From Nitrospinota bacterium (GTDB lineage: Bacteria > UBA8248): a DNA stretch of 64,000 bases. The position numbers and the translations under genes are program-made. This document shows, in pieces, positions 21,865 through 31,689 of the stretch. Each line of letters opens with the position of its first letter. The first letter of the stretch is position 1. The stretch is from the NCBI GenBank assembly GCA_036231405.1, contig JAZAHK010000012.1, forward strand, positions 17,324-81,323, in the 5' to 3' direction. The notes beneath the pieces are model-generated. The model saw only the letters and a program-made list of their open reading frames with translations. It searched no databases and was not told where the DNA came from.

Positions 21865-24800
21865 TTAATGAAATTTTCCTGAATGGTAAGATTGCAACGG
21901 ACAAACAGTTATCTCATTCTTATCCAAATCCCTAAGAGAACCTACCGCAGCTCTTGCTGCAGACAATGTAGTGCAGTAAAAAATATCTCTTAAAAGAGAG
22001 GTTCTTCTTATAGACCTGCTATCCTTAATTGATTGCACACCAGAAGTAGTGTTGAGAACAAATTGAATTTGGTCCTCTTCCATAAGGTCAACAATATGAG
22101 GTCTTTGCCCATCTTTGACCTTAAAGACGTGTTCAGCATCCATTCCGTTACTCAGGAGGGACTTATAGGATCCTTCAGTGGCAACCAACTCAAAACCTAA
22201 CTCTAGAAGGGACTGTGCTACAGGAATCATAGCAGCCTTATCTTCATCTCTGACTGAAATAAATGCTCTCCCTTTAGTTGGTATTTTACATCCTGCTCCC
22301 TCTTGAGCCTTCAAAAAAGCTGGCCCGAATGTAGAAGCTATTCCCATCGCCTCTCCCGTAGACTTCATTTCAGGGCCTAGAATAACATCAACACCAGGGA
22401 ATTTTTTAAAAGGAAAAACTGCTTCTTTTACCCCGAAATATTTTGGTAATGGGTCACTCTGAAATCCAAGATCTTTTAAACTTTTTCCTGCAATAACTTT
22501 TGTAGCAACTTTTGCAAAAGGGATTCCGACAACCTTACTAACGAATGGAACGGTCCTGCTTGCTCTAGGATTAACTTCTATAACAAAAACTTGCCTCTTA
22601 TGAACTGCAAACTGGACATTATTAAAACCAACTACACCTAGAGATTTCGAAAGAATTCTTGTCTGTCTCTTCAATTCTTCTACTATCTCAGGTCCTAGAG
22701 AATAGGGAGGGAGAGAACATGCAGAATCTCCGCTATGTATACCAGCTTCCTCTATATGTTCCATGACCCCAGCTATTAGAACTTCATTCCCATCTGAAAT
22801 AGAATCGACATCCACTTCTATCGAATCTTCAAGGAAATGATCAATGAGTACCGGACGATCAGATGAGGCTTTTACGGCATCACTCATATATCTAGAAAGT
22901 TCTTCACTATTATGCACAAGTACCATTGCTCTTCCACCAAGGACATAACTAGGTCTAACAAGCACAGGATAGCCGACCGAATCTGCAATTTTTTTTGCAC
23001 TCTCATAATTCGTTGCTGTTCCAGAAGGGGGTTGTGTAAGATGAAGTTCTTTTAGAAGTTCACTAAATCTTTCTCGATCCTCTGTAAGATCTATGCTATC
23101 AGGGATAGTACCCAAAATAGGGACATTAGATTCTACTAAACTATTGGACAACTTTAACGGTGTTTGTCCTCCAAATTGAACAACCACACCTTTCGGCATC
23201 TCTCTATAGACTATCTCAAGAACATCTTCCAAAGTAAGTGGTTCAAAATATAGTCGATCGCTTATATCATAATCAGTACTGACTGTTTCTGGATTACAAT
23301 TGATCATGACAGATTCAAACCCTGCTTCTGAAACGGCTTGCACTCCGTGAACACAGCAGTAATCAAACTCGATACCTTGCCCAATTCTATTAGGGCCACC
23401 ACCAAGAATTATGATTGATTGATTTTCTTTCATATCTTTCAATTCATCTTCGTAGTCATATGTAGAATATAGATAGGGAGTATAGGCCTCAAATTCAGCC
23501 GCACAAGTATCTACCTTTTTAAAAACAGGTCTCAAATCAAGTTTGTATCTTGATGAACGAACCTCCGATTCTTCCACTCCTCGGATAGCTGCAATTTCAC
23601 GATCAGAAAATCCATTTTCTTTTAACAATCTCAAGGAATCATAATCTTCAAGGAGACCAGGAACCTTGCAATTTTTTTCTAACTCAACCAAATCGGATAT
23701 ATGGCTCAGAAACCATGGGTCGATTTGTGATTTTTCCCAAATCACTTCAAAATCAAAACCAAGTCGGAAGGCCCTTGCAATCGACCATAGTCGATCAGGA
23801 TTTGGAATTGAAATTGATTCAAATATTTTTTCTTCGAGTTTTCCTCCATGCAAATCACTAAAAATTTCATGGCAGGGATCAGACAAGCCATATCTATCTA
23901 TCTCTAAGGACCTAATAGACTTCATTAAAGCTTCCCTGAAGGTTCTTCCTATCGACATGACTTCACCAACCGAACGCATTTGAGTATCAAGAATCGGTTC
24001 TACCTCAGGAAATTTCTCGAAATTGAATCTTGGGAATTTAACGACACAATAATCTATGGACGGCTCAAAAGAAGCAGGAGTTTCCTTTGTAATGTCATTT
24101 GGAATTTCGTCCAGTGTAAGACCTACGGCAAGTTTTGCTGCAATTTTTGCTATAGGAAATCCTGTTGCTTTACTTGCAAGGGCCGAAGATCTTGACACTC
24201 TTGGATTCATCTCAATAACAACCATTCTGCCGTCATGAGGAGAAACACCAAACTGTATATTCGATCCTCCACATTCAACACCTACTTTTCTAATACAATC
24301 AATGGCAGCATTTCTCATTTTTTGATATTCACGATCTGAGAGCGTCTGAGCAGGAGCCACCGTAATAGAGTCTCCTGTATGAACTCCCATAGGATCAAAG
24401 TTTTCGATTGAACAAATAATGGAAACATTGTCCTGTAAATCTCTCATTACTTCTAGTTCAAATTCCTTCCAGCCTAAAATACTCTCTTCTATTAGAACCT
24501 GATTGACTGGGCTCTCTGACAGGGCCCAAGACAATTTTTCCTTGAAGTCTTCAAAACCATATGCCACCGCGCTACCACTACCACCCAAAGTGAAAGCAGG
24601 ACGTAATATTATTGGGAACCCTATTTCTTGTGATAATTCACATCCTTTCTCAAGAGATTCGACAATTTCACTTTTTGGTAGATCAAGACCAACCTCCCTC
24701 ATTGCTTCTTTAAATAGGAGGCGATCTTCAGCACATTTAATTGCTGGCAATTGGGCTCCTATTAGTTCTACATCGTATTTCTGAAGAACCCCTGATTCAG

Positions 24801-25107
24801 CTAAGACAACCGCAATGTTTAAAGCAGTCTGACCTCCCATAGTTGGGAGAAGTGCATCGGGCAATTCTTTTTGAATTATCTTCTCAACAATCTCAGGAGT
24901 GATAGGTTCTATATAAGTAAAATCTGCAACCTCTGGATCTGTCATGATTGTAGCAGGGTTTGAGTTGACTAAAACAATATCAAAACCCTCCTCTTTTAAA
25001 GATTTGCATGCTTGGGCACCTGAATAATCAAACTCACATGCCTGTCCTATTACTATAGGGCCAGACCCTATAATCATAATTTTTTTAATGTCAGTTCTTC
25101 TCGGCAT
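21865..25107 (-). CDS. carB: Carbamoyl-phosphate synthase large subunit
   Basis: 1080 aa. Duplicated ATP-grasp halves ([19 protein letters not shown] and [18 protein letters not shown]) and an MGS-like C-terminal domain. Confidence 0.98.
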   Translation of the reverse strand: MPRRTDIKKIMIIGSGPIVIGQACEFDYSGAQACKSLKEEGFDIVLVNSNPATIMTDPEVADFTYIEPITPEIVEKIIQKELPDALLPTMGGQTALNIAVVLAESGVLQKYDVELIGAQLPAIKCAEDRLLFKEAMREVGLDLPKSEIVESLEKGCELSQEIGFPIILRPAFTLGGSGSAVAYGFEDFKEKLSWALSESPVNQVLIEESILGWKEFELEVMRDLQDNVSIICSIENFDPMGVHTGDSITVAPAQTLSDREYQKMRNAAIDCIRKVGVECGGSNIQFGVSPHDGRMVVIEMNPRVSRSSALASKATGFPIAKIAAKLAVGLTLDEIPNDITKETPASFEPSIDYCVVKFPRFNFEKFPEVEPILDTQMRSVGEVMSIGRTFREALMKSIRSLEIDRYGLSDPCHEIFSDLHGGKLEEKIFESISIPNPDRLWSIARAFRLGFDFEVIWEKSQIDPWFLSHISDLVELEKNCKVPGLLEDYDSLRLLKENGFSDREIAAIRGVEESEVRSSRYKLDLRPVFKKVDTCAAEFEAYTPYLYSTYDYEDELKDMKENQSIIILGGGPNRIGQGIEFDYCCVHGVQAVSEAGFESVMINCNPETVSTDYDISDRLYFEPLTLEDVLEIVYREMPKGVVVQFGGQTPLKLSNSLVESNVPILGTIPDSIDLTEDRERFSELLKELHLTQPPSGTATNYESAKKIADSVGYPVLVRPSYVLGGRAMVLVHNSEELSRYMSDAVKASSDRPVLIDHFLEDSIEVDVDSISDGNEVLIAGVMEHIEEAGIHSGDSACSLPPYSLGPEIVEELKRQTRILSKSLGVVGFNNVQFAVHKRQVFVIEVNPRASRTVPFVSKVVGIPFAKVATKVIAGKSLKDLGFQSDPLPKYFGVKEAVFPFKKFPGVDVILGPEMKSTGEAMGIASTFGPAFLKAQEGAGCKIPTKGRAFISVRDEDKAAMIPVAQSLLELGFELVATEGSYKSLLSNGMDAEHVFKVKDGQRPHIVDLMEEDQIQFVLNTTSGVQSIKDSRSIRRTSLLRDIFYCTTLSAARAAVGSLRDLDKNEITVCPLQSYHSGKFH

Positions 25108-25132
25108 TTGAACATTCCTAATTTATAATCAT

Positions 25133-26242
25133 TTAAGAATCACATTTTCCAGAAAGACAAAAATCATAAAAAAAATCAAATAATTTTCTTGCATCATGAG
25201 GACCTGGTGATGCCTCAGGATGGTACTGTACACTACACACCCTTAACTCGTTAGAAATTAACCCCTCACAAGTCATATCATTTAAATTTAAATGTGTTAC
25301 TTCTACATCTTTAGGCAAACTGTCGAGATCAACGGAAAAGGAATGATTTTGTGAAGTGATATCAACTTGACTGCCTGTCACTTCCCTAACAGGATGATTC
25401 ACCCCATGGTGACCAAATTTTAATTTATAAGTTTTTCCACCAAGAACCTGAGCTAAGATTTGGTGCCCTAAACAGATCCCAACTATCGGTATTTTTCCAA
25501 GTAATTCTTTGACATTAGATATTATATAATCCAACGCAGAAGGATCACCTGGTCCGTTTGATAAAAACACAAGAGAAGGACCCTTTTTCAATACTGTTTC
25601 AGCAGTCTCCGAACAAGGAATCACCTCCAAATCAAATCTTTCAGATAGTTGCTTAAATATGGCGCGTTTCCCACCCAAATCATAGGCTACGCAGGATGGT
25701 CTGCTTTTTTTTTCGCCGAAAAAAAATGATTTTTTGCATGATACTCCCGTAACCAAATCCCTACCCTCTAGTCCAGGGGATTCCTTTGCACGATCAATTA
25801 GAACATCTTTGTTAGTTTCAATACTTGACAAAACAGCCTTCAAAGAACCATTTTCCCTAATATGACGTGTCAAAAAACGTGTATCGATCCCTTCAATTCC
25901 AGGAATTTTATACTCTTTTAAGTATGTATCTAAATCCTTAACAGAATTATATTTATAGAACCTTCTACAAAGTTCTTTTACTATAAAAGCCTCAACCCAA
26001 ATATTGTCGGATTCTTCGTCTCCATCCACAACACCATAGTTTCCTATATGAGGATAAGTCATTACAACCATCTGGCCTCTATATGACGGATCTGTAAGTA
26101 CCTCTTGATAACCAGTCATTTCAGTATTAAATACAAGTTCTCCTTCCGCATCAATATCAAAACCAAACGACTTTCCTTCAAGGACAAGACCGTCTTCCAA
26201 AGCCAAAATTGCGGGTTTAGAATCAATATTATTAATTTTCAC
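25133..26242 (-). CDS. carA: Carbamoyl-phosphate synthase small subunit
   Basis: 369 aa. CPSase small-chain N-domain, GATase Cys in GICLGHQ, and VQYHPEASPGPHD. Confidence 0.96.
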   Translation of the reverse strand: MKINNIDSKPAILALEDGLVLEGKSFGFDIDAEGELVFNTEMTGYQEVLTDPSYRGQMVVMTYPHIGNYGVVDGDEESDNIWVEAFIVKELCRRFYKYNSVKDLDTYLKEYKIPGIEGIDTRFLTRHIRENGSLKAVLSSIETNKDVLIDRAKESPGLEGRDLVTGVSCKKSFFFGEKKSRPSCVAYDLGGKRAIFKQLSERFDLEVIPCSETAETVLKKGPSLVFLSNGPGDPSALDYIISNVKELLGKIPIVGICLGHQILAQVLGGKTYKLKFGHHGVNHPVREVTGSQVDITSQNHSFSVDLDSLPKDVEVTHLNLNDMTCEGLISNELRVCSVQYHPEASPGPHDARKLFDFFYDFCLSGKCDS

Positions 26243-26261
26243 AATTTAAGATCCCTTAAAA

Positions 26262-27545
26262 CTATCCAACATTATTCATTACAAATACACCATCTACTAT
26301 AGTTGCGACTGGACATCCTTTTAGTTCCCAACCCGAAAATGGAGTGTTTTTTGCCCTACTTTTAAAATCGTTAGGAATAACTGTATATATTTTTTCTAGA
26401 TCAAGTATTGTTAAATCAGCAAAAGACCCCTCTTCTATTTTGGCGCATGGTATACCGATTGCTTTCGAGGGACCTGAAGTAAATTTCTCTATCATTTCAC
26501 TCAAAGTTAAAATACCTGACTGCACAAGACGATCTAGAGCTATTGGAACAGCGGTTTCAAGCCCAACTACTCCGAATGGGACCCTATCAAATTCAACTTC
26601 CAAGTCAGCCTGATCATGTGGAGCATGGTCTGAAGCAATAACGTCAATCGTTCCATCTTTTAATCCATCAATAAGTGCCATGCGATGTTCTTCATCCCTA
26701 AGCGGTGGTGCCATCTTATAAGAAGAGTTAAATCCTCGAATTTCCTCGTCAGTAAGAGAAAAGTGATGGGGTGTAACCTCACATGTCACATTCACCCCTT
26801 TCTTCTTAGCATTTCTTATTAAATCTACTGCACCTTTTGAAGAAACATGCAAAATATGAATTTTACCTCCTGTTAGTTCTGCTAATCTCAAATCACGATA
26901 GACACAGATATCTTCACTTGCATCTGGATTAGCAGAAAGACCCAAAGTGGTAGAAACCACACCCTCGTGCATGACTTTGTCCTTAGAAAGACTCATATCT
27001 TCGGCGTGATCTAGTATCGCCACACCCAACATTTTTGAATATTCTAAGGCAGATCTCATAATAAAAGAGTCTTTAACTGGGAAACCGTCATCACTGAATG
27101 CAACAGCTCCTGCTAAAAATTGATCGGATAATTCCGAAAGTTTCTCGCCCTTTAAACCAACAGAAACAGAACCTATGGGATAGACCTTACAATAACCAAC
27201 TTCACGGGCTTTCTTTAAAATCCTCTCAGTGATTGAACTTGAATCATTAATTGGATCTGTATTTGCCATGCAGGCAACTGCCGTGAAACCACCAGCAACG
27301 GCAGAACTTGTACCACTTTGAATGTCTTCTTTATATTCTTGTCCAGGCTCTCTAAAATGAACGTGCATGTCTATAAATCCAGGGCAGATAACCAGATTCG
27401 ATGCATCCAGAACTTCGGTTCCTGTTTTTTTCCTAATACTTTTAGATTTCTTTACAATTTTTCCATTTTCTATAAGAAGATCAAGAATTTCATCAGTATT
27501 AGTTATAGGGTCAACTATTCGACCATTTTTTATCAAAAATGACAC
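26262..27545 (-). CDS. pyrC: Dihydroorotase
   Basis: 427 aa. Amidohydrolase metal motif DMHVHFREPG and SDHAPH. Confidence 0.93.
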   Translation of the reverse strand: MSFLIKNGRIVDPITNTDEILDLLIENGKIVKKSKSIRKKTGTEVLDASNLVICPGFIDMHVHFREPGQEYKEDIQSGTSSAVAGGFTAVACMANTDPINDSSSITERILKKAREVGYCKVYPIGSVSVGLKGEKLSELSDQFLAGAVAFSDDGFPVKDSFIMRSALEYSKMLGVAILDHAEDMSLSKDKVMHEGVVSTTLGLSANPDASEDICVYRDLRLAELTGGKIHILHVSSKGAVDLIRNAKKKGVNVTCEVTPHHFSLTDEEIRGFNSSYKMAPPLRDEEHRMALIDGLKDGTIDVIASDHAPHDQADLEVEFDRVPFGVVGLETAVPIALDRLVQSGILTLSEMIEKFTSGPSKAIGIPCAKIEEGSFADLTILDLEKIYTVIPNDFKSRAKNTPFSGWELKGCPVATIVDGVFVMNNVG

Positions 27546-27585
27546 TAGTTAGATCCCCCTAATAAGATGGAAAAAATCGGGCAAT

Positions 27586-28509
27586 TTACCCAGACAACAA
27601 ATAGAGAATAGACATCCTACAGGCAACTCCGTATTCAACTTGTTCTAAAATTACAGAAAAAGGGCCATCAGCAACATCTGGCGACATTTCAACACCTCTG
27701 TTAATTGGGCCCGGATGCATAATTAACAACTCACTGTTGGCATTTTCTAGTCGTGCCTTATTGATTCCAAAAGTATTTGCGTACTCTCTAGCACTTGGGA
27801 ATGCCATACCCCCTCCACGCTCTAATTGGATTCTAAGGGTAATTAAAACATCCGCATTGCTAATAGCTTCGTCTAGGTTAGTCGTTACCTTTGCCCCTAG
27901 ACATTCTGCCCTGGCAGGTATCATTGTTGAAGGACCACAAATTGTGACATTCGCTCCTAGCTTTAACAAACCGGCAACGTCAGACCTTGCAACTCTACTG
28001 TGAGCAATATCTCCAACAATGGAGACATTTAGATCATTAAACTCTTTCTTATGTTGTCTAATTGTATATAAATCTAGCAAAGCTTGCGTAGGATGTTCAT
28101 GGCTCCCATCGCCAGCATTGATAACCGCACAACTGAGTTCACGACCGAGATATTCAGGAGCGCCCGAAGAAGGATGACGAACGACTAGTACATCCGTTCC
28201 CATTGCCTCAATATTCCTAGCTGTATCTCTCAGGGTTTCACCTTTCTGAGATGAACTAGTCGTCGAAGAAAGATTAATAACATCTGCAGAAAGTCGTTTC
28301 CCTGCAATTTCAAAAGATGCACGGGTTCTTGTACTAGCTTCAAAGAACAGATTGACAACGGTTTTCCCACGTAATGTAGGAATTTTCTTAATATCCCTTT
28401 CGTTTACTTCTCGAAATGAATCAGTTTGATCTAGAAGAAAAAGTATTTCGTCTGGAGTTAATTCACTTACGGAAAGGAGATCTTTTTTACTATATCTTTC
28501 TGTACTCAA
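27586..28509 (-). CDS. pyrB: Aspartate carbamoyltransferase catalytic subunit
   Basis: 307 aa. Carbamoyl-phosphate motif EASTRTRASFE, plus HPTQALLD and HPGPINRG. Confidence 0.96.
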   Translation of the reverse strand: MSTERYSKKDLLSVSELTPDEILFLLDQTDSFREVNERDIKKIPTLRGKTVVNLFFEASTRTRASFEIAGKRLSADVINLSSTTSSSQKGETLRDTARNIEAMGTDVLVVRHPSSGAPEYLGRELSCAVINAGDGSHEHPTQALLDLYTIRQHKKEFNDLNVSIVGDIAHSRVARSDVAGLLKLGANVTICGPSTMIPARAECLGAKVTTNLDEAISNADVLITLRIQLERGGGMAFPSAREYANTFGINKARLENANSELLIMHPGPINRGVEMSPDVADGPFSVILEQVEYGVACRMSILYLLSG

Positions 28510-28560
28510 ATAATTATCCTTTCCTTATTTATAACTTTTCTCTTCAAATTATCTATTTAC

Positions 28561-29091
28561 TTAAGCAATGGAGACGATTCCGTCTGTCCCATCAATTTCT
28601 TTAAATAAGACTTTAACAACTTCCTGATTCCCAATCGAAAGGTTCTTCCCTACAAAATCAGCTTTAACTGGAAATTCCCTCATTCCCCTATCGACCATAA
28701 CCGCCAAACGCAAGAATTTAGGACGGCCGAAATTAACTAAAGAAGACAAAGCCGCTCTGATTGTCCTCCCAGTCTGAAGAACATCATCTACCAAGATGAG
28801 TTGTTTTCCCTTGCACGAAAAAGGAATTGAGGTTTTTCCTACAAGTTTCGTTCTTTTAATAACGCTTGATAGATCATCCCTGTAAAACGTTACATCCAAG
28901 TTGCCAACTGAAGGAGTAACATTGCTTATCTCTTTGATGATAGAAGAAAATCTTTGTGCCAAATAAACTCCTCTAGTTTTAACTCCTATGATAGCCAACG
29001 GAGAGCTTGAATCTACGTTTTCTAAAATTTCATGAGAAAGTCGTTTGATAGCGCTCCTAAATTTTTGTTGAGATAAAATCTCTGTTTTCAA
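28561..29091 (-). CDS. pyrR: Bifunctional pyr operon regulator / uracil phosphoribosyltransferase PyrR
   Basis: 176 aa. TTG start with GGAG 6 nt upstream. PRTase PRPP loop LILVDDVLQTGRTIRAAL. First gene of the pyrR-pyrB-pyrC-carA-carB run (gaps 51, 40, 19 and 25 nt). Confidence 0.9.
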   Translation of the reverse strand: MKTEILSQQKFRSAIKRLSHEILENVDSSSPLAIIGVKTRGVYLAQRFSSIIKEISNVTPSVGNLDVTFYRDDLSSVIKRTKLVGKTSIPFSCKGKQLILVDDVLQTGRTIRAALSSLVNFGRPKFLRLAVMVDRGMREFPVKADFVGKNLSIGNQEVVKVLFKEIDGTDGIVSIA

Positions 29092-29100
29092 AATATCTCC

Positions 29101-29131
29101 AAAAAAAAACCCCCAATCAAATGACTGGAGG
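29101..29131 (-). terminator. Intrinsic terminator/attenuator hairpin immediately upstream of the pyrR RBS
   Basis: The minus strand reads CCUCCA-GUCAUUUGAU-UGGGGG followed by U9, then GGAGAU and the TTG start. The stem is 6-7 bp, G/C-rich with one G-U pair. It could terminate the upstream surA-like gene, act as the PyrR-controlled attenuator, or both. Confidence 0.6.
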
Positions 29132-29178
29132 TAAACAAGACCCGATATTAATCAAATGTAAAAACATAACTTTTAAGA

Positions 29179-29210
29179 CCTTTTGCGCCTCACTGGACGA
29201 CAATTAAAGG
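29179..29210 (-). promoter_or_regulatory. Candidate PyrR-binding RNA stem-loop (anti-antiterminator)
   Basis: The minus strand reads CCUUUAAUUGUCGUCCAGUGAGGCGCAAAAGG. The inner stem CGUC/GGCG closes a CAGUGA hexaloop. This matches the published PyrR box ARUCCAGAGAGGYU (stem RUC/GGY, loop CAGAGA) with one loop substitution, and an outer CCUUU/AAAGG stem encloses it. The site lies about 50 nt upstream of the terminator. Confidence 0.55.
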
Positions 29211-29271
29211 AAATATCGAAACAAAAGATAACATAATCTAAACAAAAATCAACTCTAATTTTGTTTTTTTC

Positions 29272-30732
29272 TCACTGCACACTTTGATTTCCTGACTTCA
29301 AACTGTGTGCAATGAGAAAATCCACATTCAAAACAATTTCTAATTTTTTTTCGTCAGTCACAAAAGTGAAATTTTTTTGTTTTCGATTCAAAGAAACTTT
29401 CTTAATAATATCCGCAAAACTTAAGCTTCCTAAATACTCATCTGTCATTAACAATCTACTACGATACCAAAATAACTTAAGAGCAGGATCTGGATTTACA
29501 AATGTAGAAAAATTTTGTGGAATCCCTTGCAAAATTTCGGAGTCAAAATTATTTTTCTTGCTCAACTTAAATGTATCTGTTGCCCAACGAGAATCCCCTT
29601 TCTTAATACCAAGCTTCCACAAAATCTTTTCTCTGCCAAAGAGTGGAAAAGAGGTTAACAACTTTATTTGAATAATTCTAAATACAACATGCTCTTCTAT
29701 ATTTTTGAAAAGCAAATCTAGAGTCGAATTCCCTTTGCGAAGTCCTGAACTATAACTAATCTCCAAAAAGGAGGACTTCTTTAATTCTGAAATCCACTTC
29801 TTCCTTAGTAGAACAGATTTCTCTTTAATAATCATTTTTCTTATTTCATTAGATACATCTTTAAATGGGGTAGTTTTTCCAGGAATAACTTCGTATACGA
29901 AGGCGATATGAAACCCAGCACGTGTTTGAATTAGTCCACTAATATCATTCTCATCAATTGAAAAAATAGCTTTTTCAAGTTTGGGGAGTATCTCCCCTTT
30001 TTTTACAACTCCTAGTTCTCCTCCATGGATTGCAGAGGGTCCTTTTGAGTACTTTCTTGCCAAATCTGAAAATTGGTTTGGATTCTTTTTTATTTCTTTT
30101 AAAACCATTTCAGCTAAATTTTTCGTTTTTTGAATATCATTTTTTGACATTTCTTCATTTAATGGGAAGAAAATCTGTTTGACCTTCCTAGAACCACCTT
30201 TTTTCATTTTAGCTAAATTATCATTATAATATTCTCTTATTTCTTTTTTTGTTACAGTTATAATAGTGTTAACAAAAATGTTCTCAACTTTTTTGATTAA
30301 CAATTTCTCTCTTGTCTCTGACTTAAATTTAACAAGACTTGAACCAGTTGAACGAAGATATTTTTTTAACTGTTCTATAGTAATTTTCGCTCTGTTCAGA
30401 ACGGAGGAAATAGCAACATTTAATTCTCTTTCCGAAACAGAAAGTCGAATCTTCTTTGCCTTTTGTATCAATAATCTTTTTTCTACTAGATTATCGAGCG
30501 CTTTCTGTTCAAGGTCCTGAATCTTTCGCCCTAAATTTTTACCTTTATATTTTCTCTTAAGTTCAAGTTTTGCCAAGCGAACATATTCTTGCAGTTCACT
30601 AAGCGTGACTATTTCTTCATTAATTTTTGCAACAATTCTTTCAATTACAACTGAACGGGCAGCAAGAGATTGCACGAAGAAAAATTGAACAATAATTAAA
30701 AAAACCATTAGGGATTTTTTCATAATGTTCAT
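29272..30732 (-). CDS. Periplasmic SurA-like chaperone with one parvulin PPIase domain and a ~157-aa C-terminal extension of unknown type
   Basis: 486 aa. Signal peptide (MKKSLMVFLIIVQFFFVQSLAA), SurA-N-like helical region, and parvulin domain (GGELGVVKKGEILPKLEKAIF..TRAGFHIAFV). I could not assign the sequence after ..FLEISYSS to any family. Confidence 0.7.
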   Translation of the reverse strand: MNIMKKSLMVFLIIVQFFFVQSLAARSVVIERIVAKINEEIVTLSELQEYVRLAKLELKRKYKGKNLGRKIQDLEQKALDNLVEKRLLIQKAKKIRLSVSERELNVAISSVLNRAKITIEQLKKYLRSTGSSLVKFKSETREKLLIKKVENIFVNTIITVTKKEIREYYNDNLAKMKKGGSRKVKQIFFPLNEEMSKNDIQKTKNLAEMVLKEIKKNPNQFSDLARKYSKGPSAIHGGELGVVKKGEILPKLEKAIFSIDENDISGLIQTRAGFHIAFVYEVIPGKTTPFKDVSNEIRKMIIKEKSVLLRKKWISELKKSSFLEISYSSGLRKGNSTLDLLFKNIEEHVVFRIIQIKLLTSFPLFGREKILWKLGIKKGDSRWATDTFKLSKKNNFDSEILQGIPQNFSTFVNPDPALKLFWYRSRLLMTDEYLGSLSFADIIKKVSLNRKQKNFTFVTDEKKLEIVLNVDFLIAHSLKSGNQSVQ

Positions 30733-30747
30733 AGAATCCTTTTTCTA

Positions 30748-31686
30748 TTATTCGAAATATATTATCTTTGCATTTTTCCTTAAAACTTTTATCCATTTTT
30801 TCAATGATTCTCGACCTTTTTTCAAAATCAATTCCTCTCTTATCATATTCTCAACAGACCGGAAAGGTTTAATGTATGCAGATCTAATTTCTGTAATCTG
30901 AAAGATATGATATCCAGATGGGGATGACACTACTTTACTAATTTCTTCAACAGATAGATTTTCTAGAGCCTGACGTAATGAGGAAGGTAAATTCTTCAAC
31001 TCAAGATATCCTAAATCACCACCTAAAAAAGAATTGGGACCAATCGATTTTTGCTTTGCTAGAACAGGAAAAACCGACCCTCTGACTAATTGAGAGTGAC
31101 TCTTCAATGCCATTTGTTTTTTTTCAACAACAATTTGCCTAACTCTTAAACGACGGGAACTACTATATCTAGATAAATTATTTTTATAAAAAACCTGTTT
31201 TTCATCTTCTTTCACTTGGAACTTAGAATAGATTTTCTCCCTAATAACTTTATTAACCTTTATTATTTCTCGAATCGTTTTAATCCATTCATCTATTTCA
31301 CCTTTTTTTTCAGATATTTTTTTTTGCAAACTTTTTTTATCTAATGGGAAAAATAAACTTTCAAAGTAGCTGTACACTTCTGAATCTTCGACTTTTACAT
31401 TCATTGATTTAGATGCTTGCAGAATCAATTTTCTTCTAATCAACTGGTCAATAAAGATACGAGCATTTAAGTCTTTTCTTCCAATTTTATTGTCAGATTT
31501 CCAAATTATGGAAAAGTTTAATTCAAGGTCTTTTGCGGTAATAAATTCATTATTAACCTGTGCGATGTTTGGATTTATTTGCCTAGACTTACTCAGACTA
31601 GACTCACGTTCACAACCACCTTGAAAAATAGCAAACAAAATAAGGAGATAACAAATTAGAAGTAATTTTGGCTTAGATACAAACAT
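30748..31686 (-). CDS. Parvulin-type peptidyl-prolyl isomerase (SurA/PrsA-like), secreted or membrane-anchored
   Basis: 312 aa. N-terminal hydrophobic signal ending FQGGC (a possible lipoprotein Cys, non-canonical lipobox). Parvulin domain GGDLGYLELKNLPSSLRQAL..SPSGYHIFQI. Confidence 0.7.
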   Translation of the reverse strand: MFVSKPKLLLICYLLILFAIFQGGCERESSLSKSRQINPNIAQVNNEFITAKDLELNFSIIWKSDNKIGRKDLNARIFIDQLIRRKLILQASKSMNVKVEDSEVYSYFESLFFPLDKKSLQKKISEKKGEIDEWIKTIREIIKVNKVIREKIYSKFQVKEDEKQVFYKNNLSRYSSSRRLRVRQIVVEKKQMALKSHSQLVRGSVFPVLAKQKSIGPNSFLGGDLGYLELKNLPSSLRQALENLSVEEISKVVSSPSGYHIFQITEIRSAYIKPFRSVENMIREELILKKGRESLKKWIKVLRKNAKIIYFE

Positions 31687-31689
31687 AAT

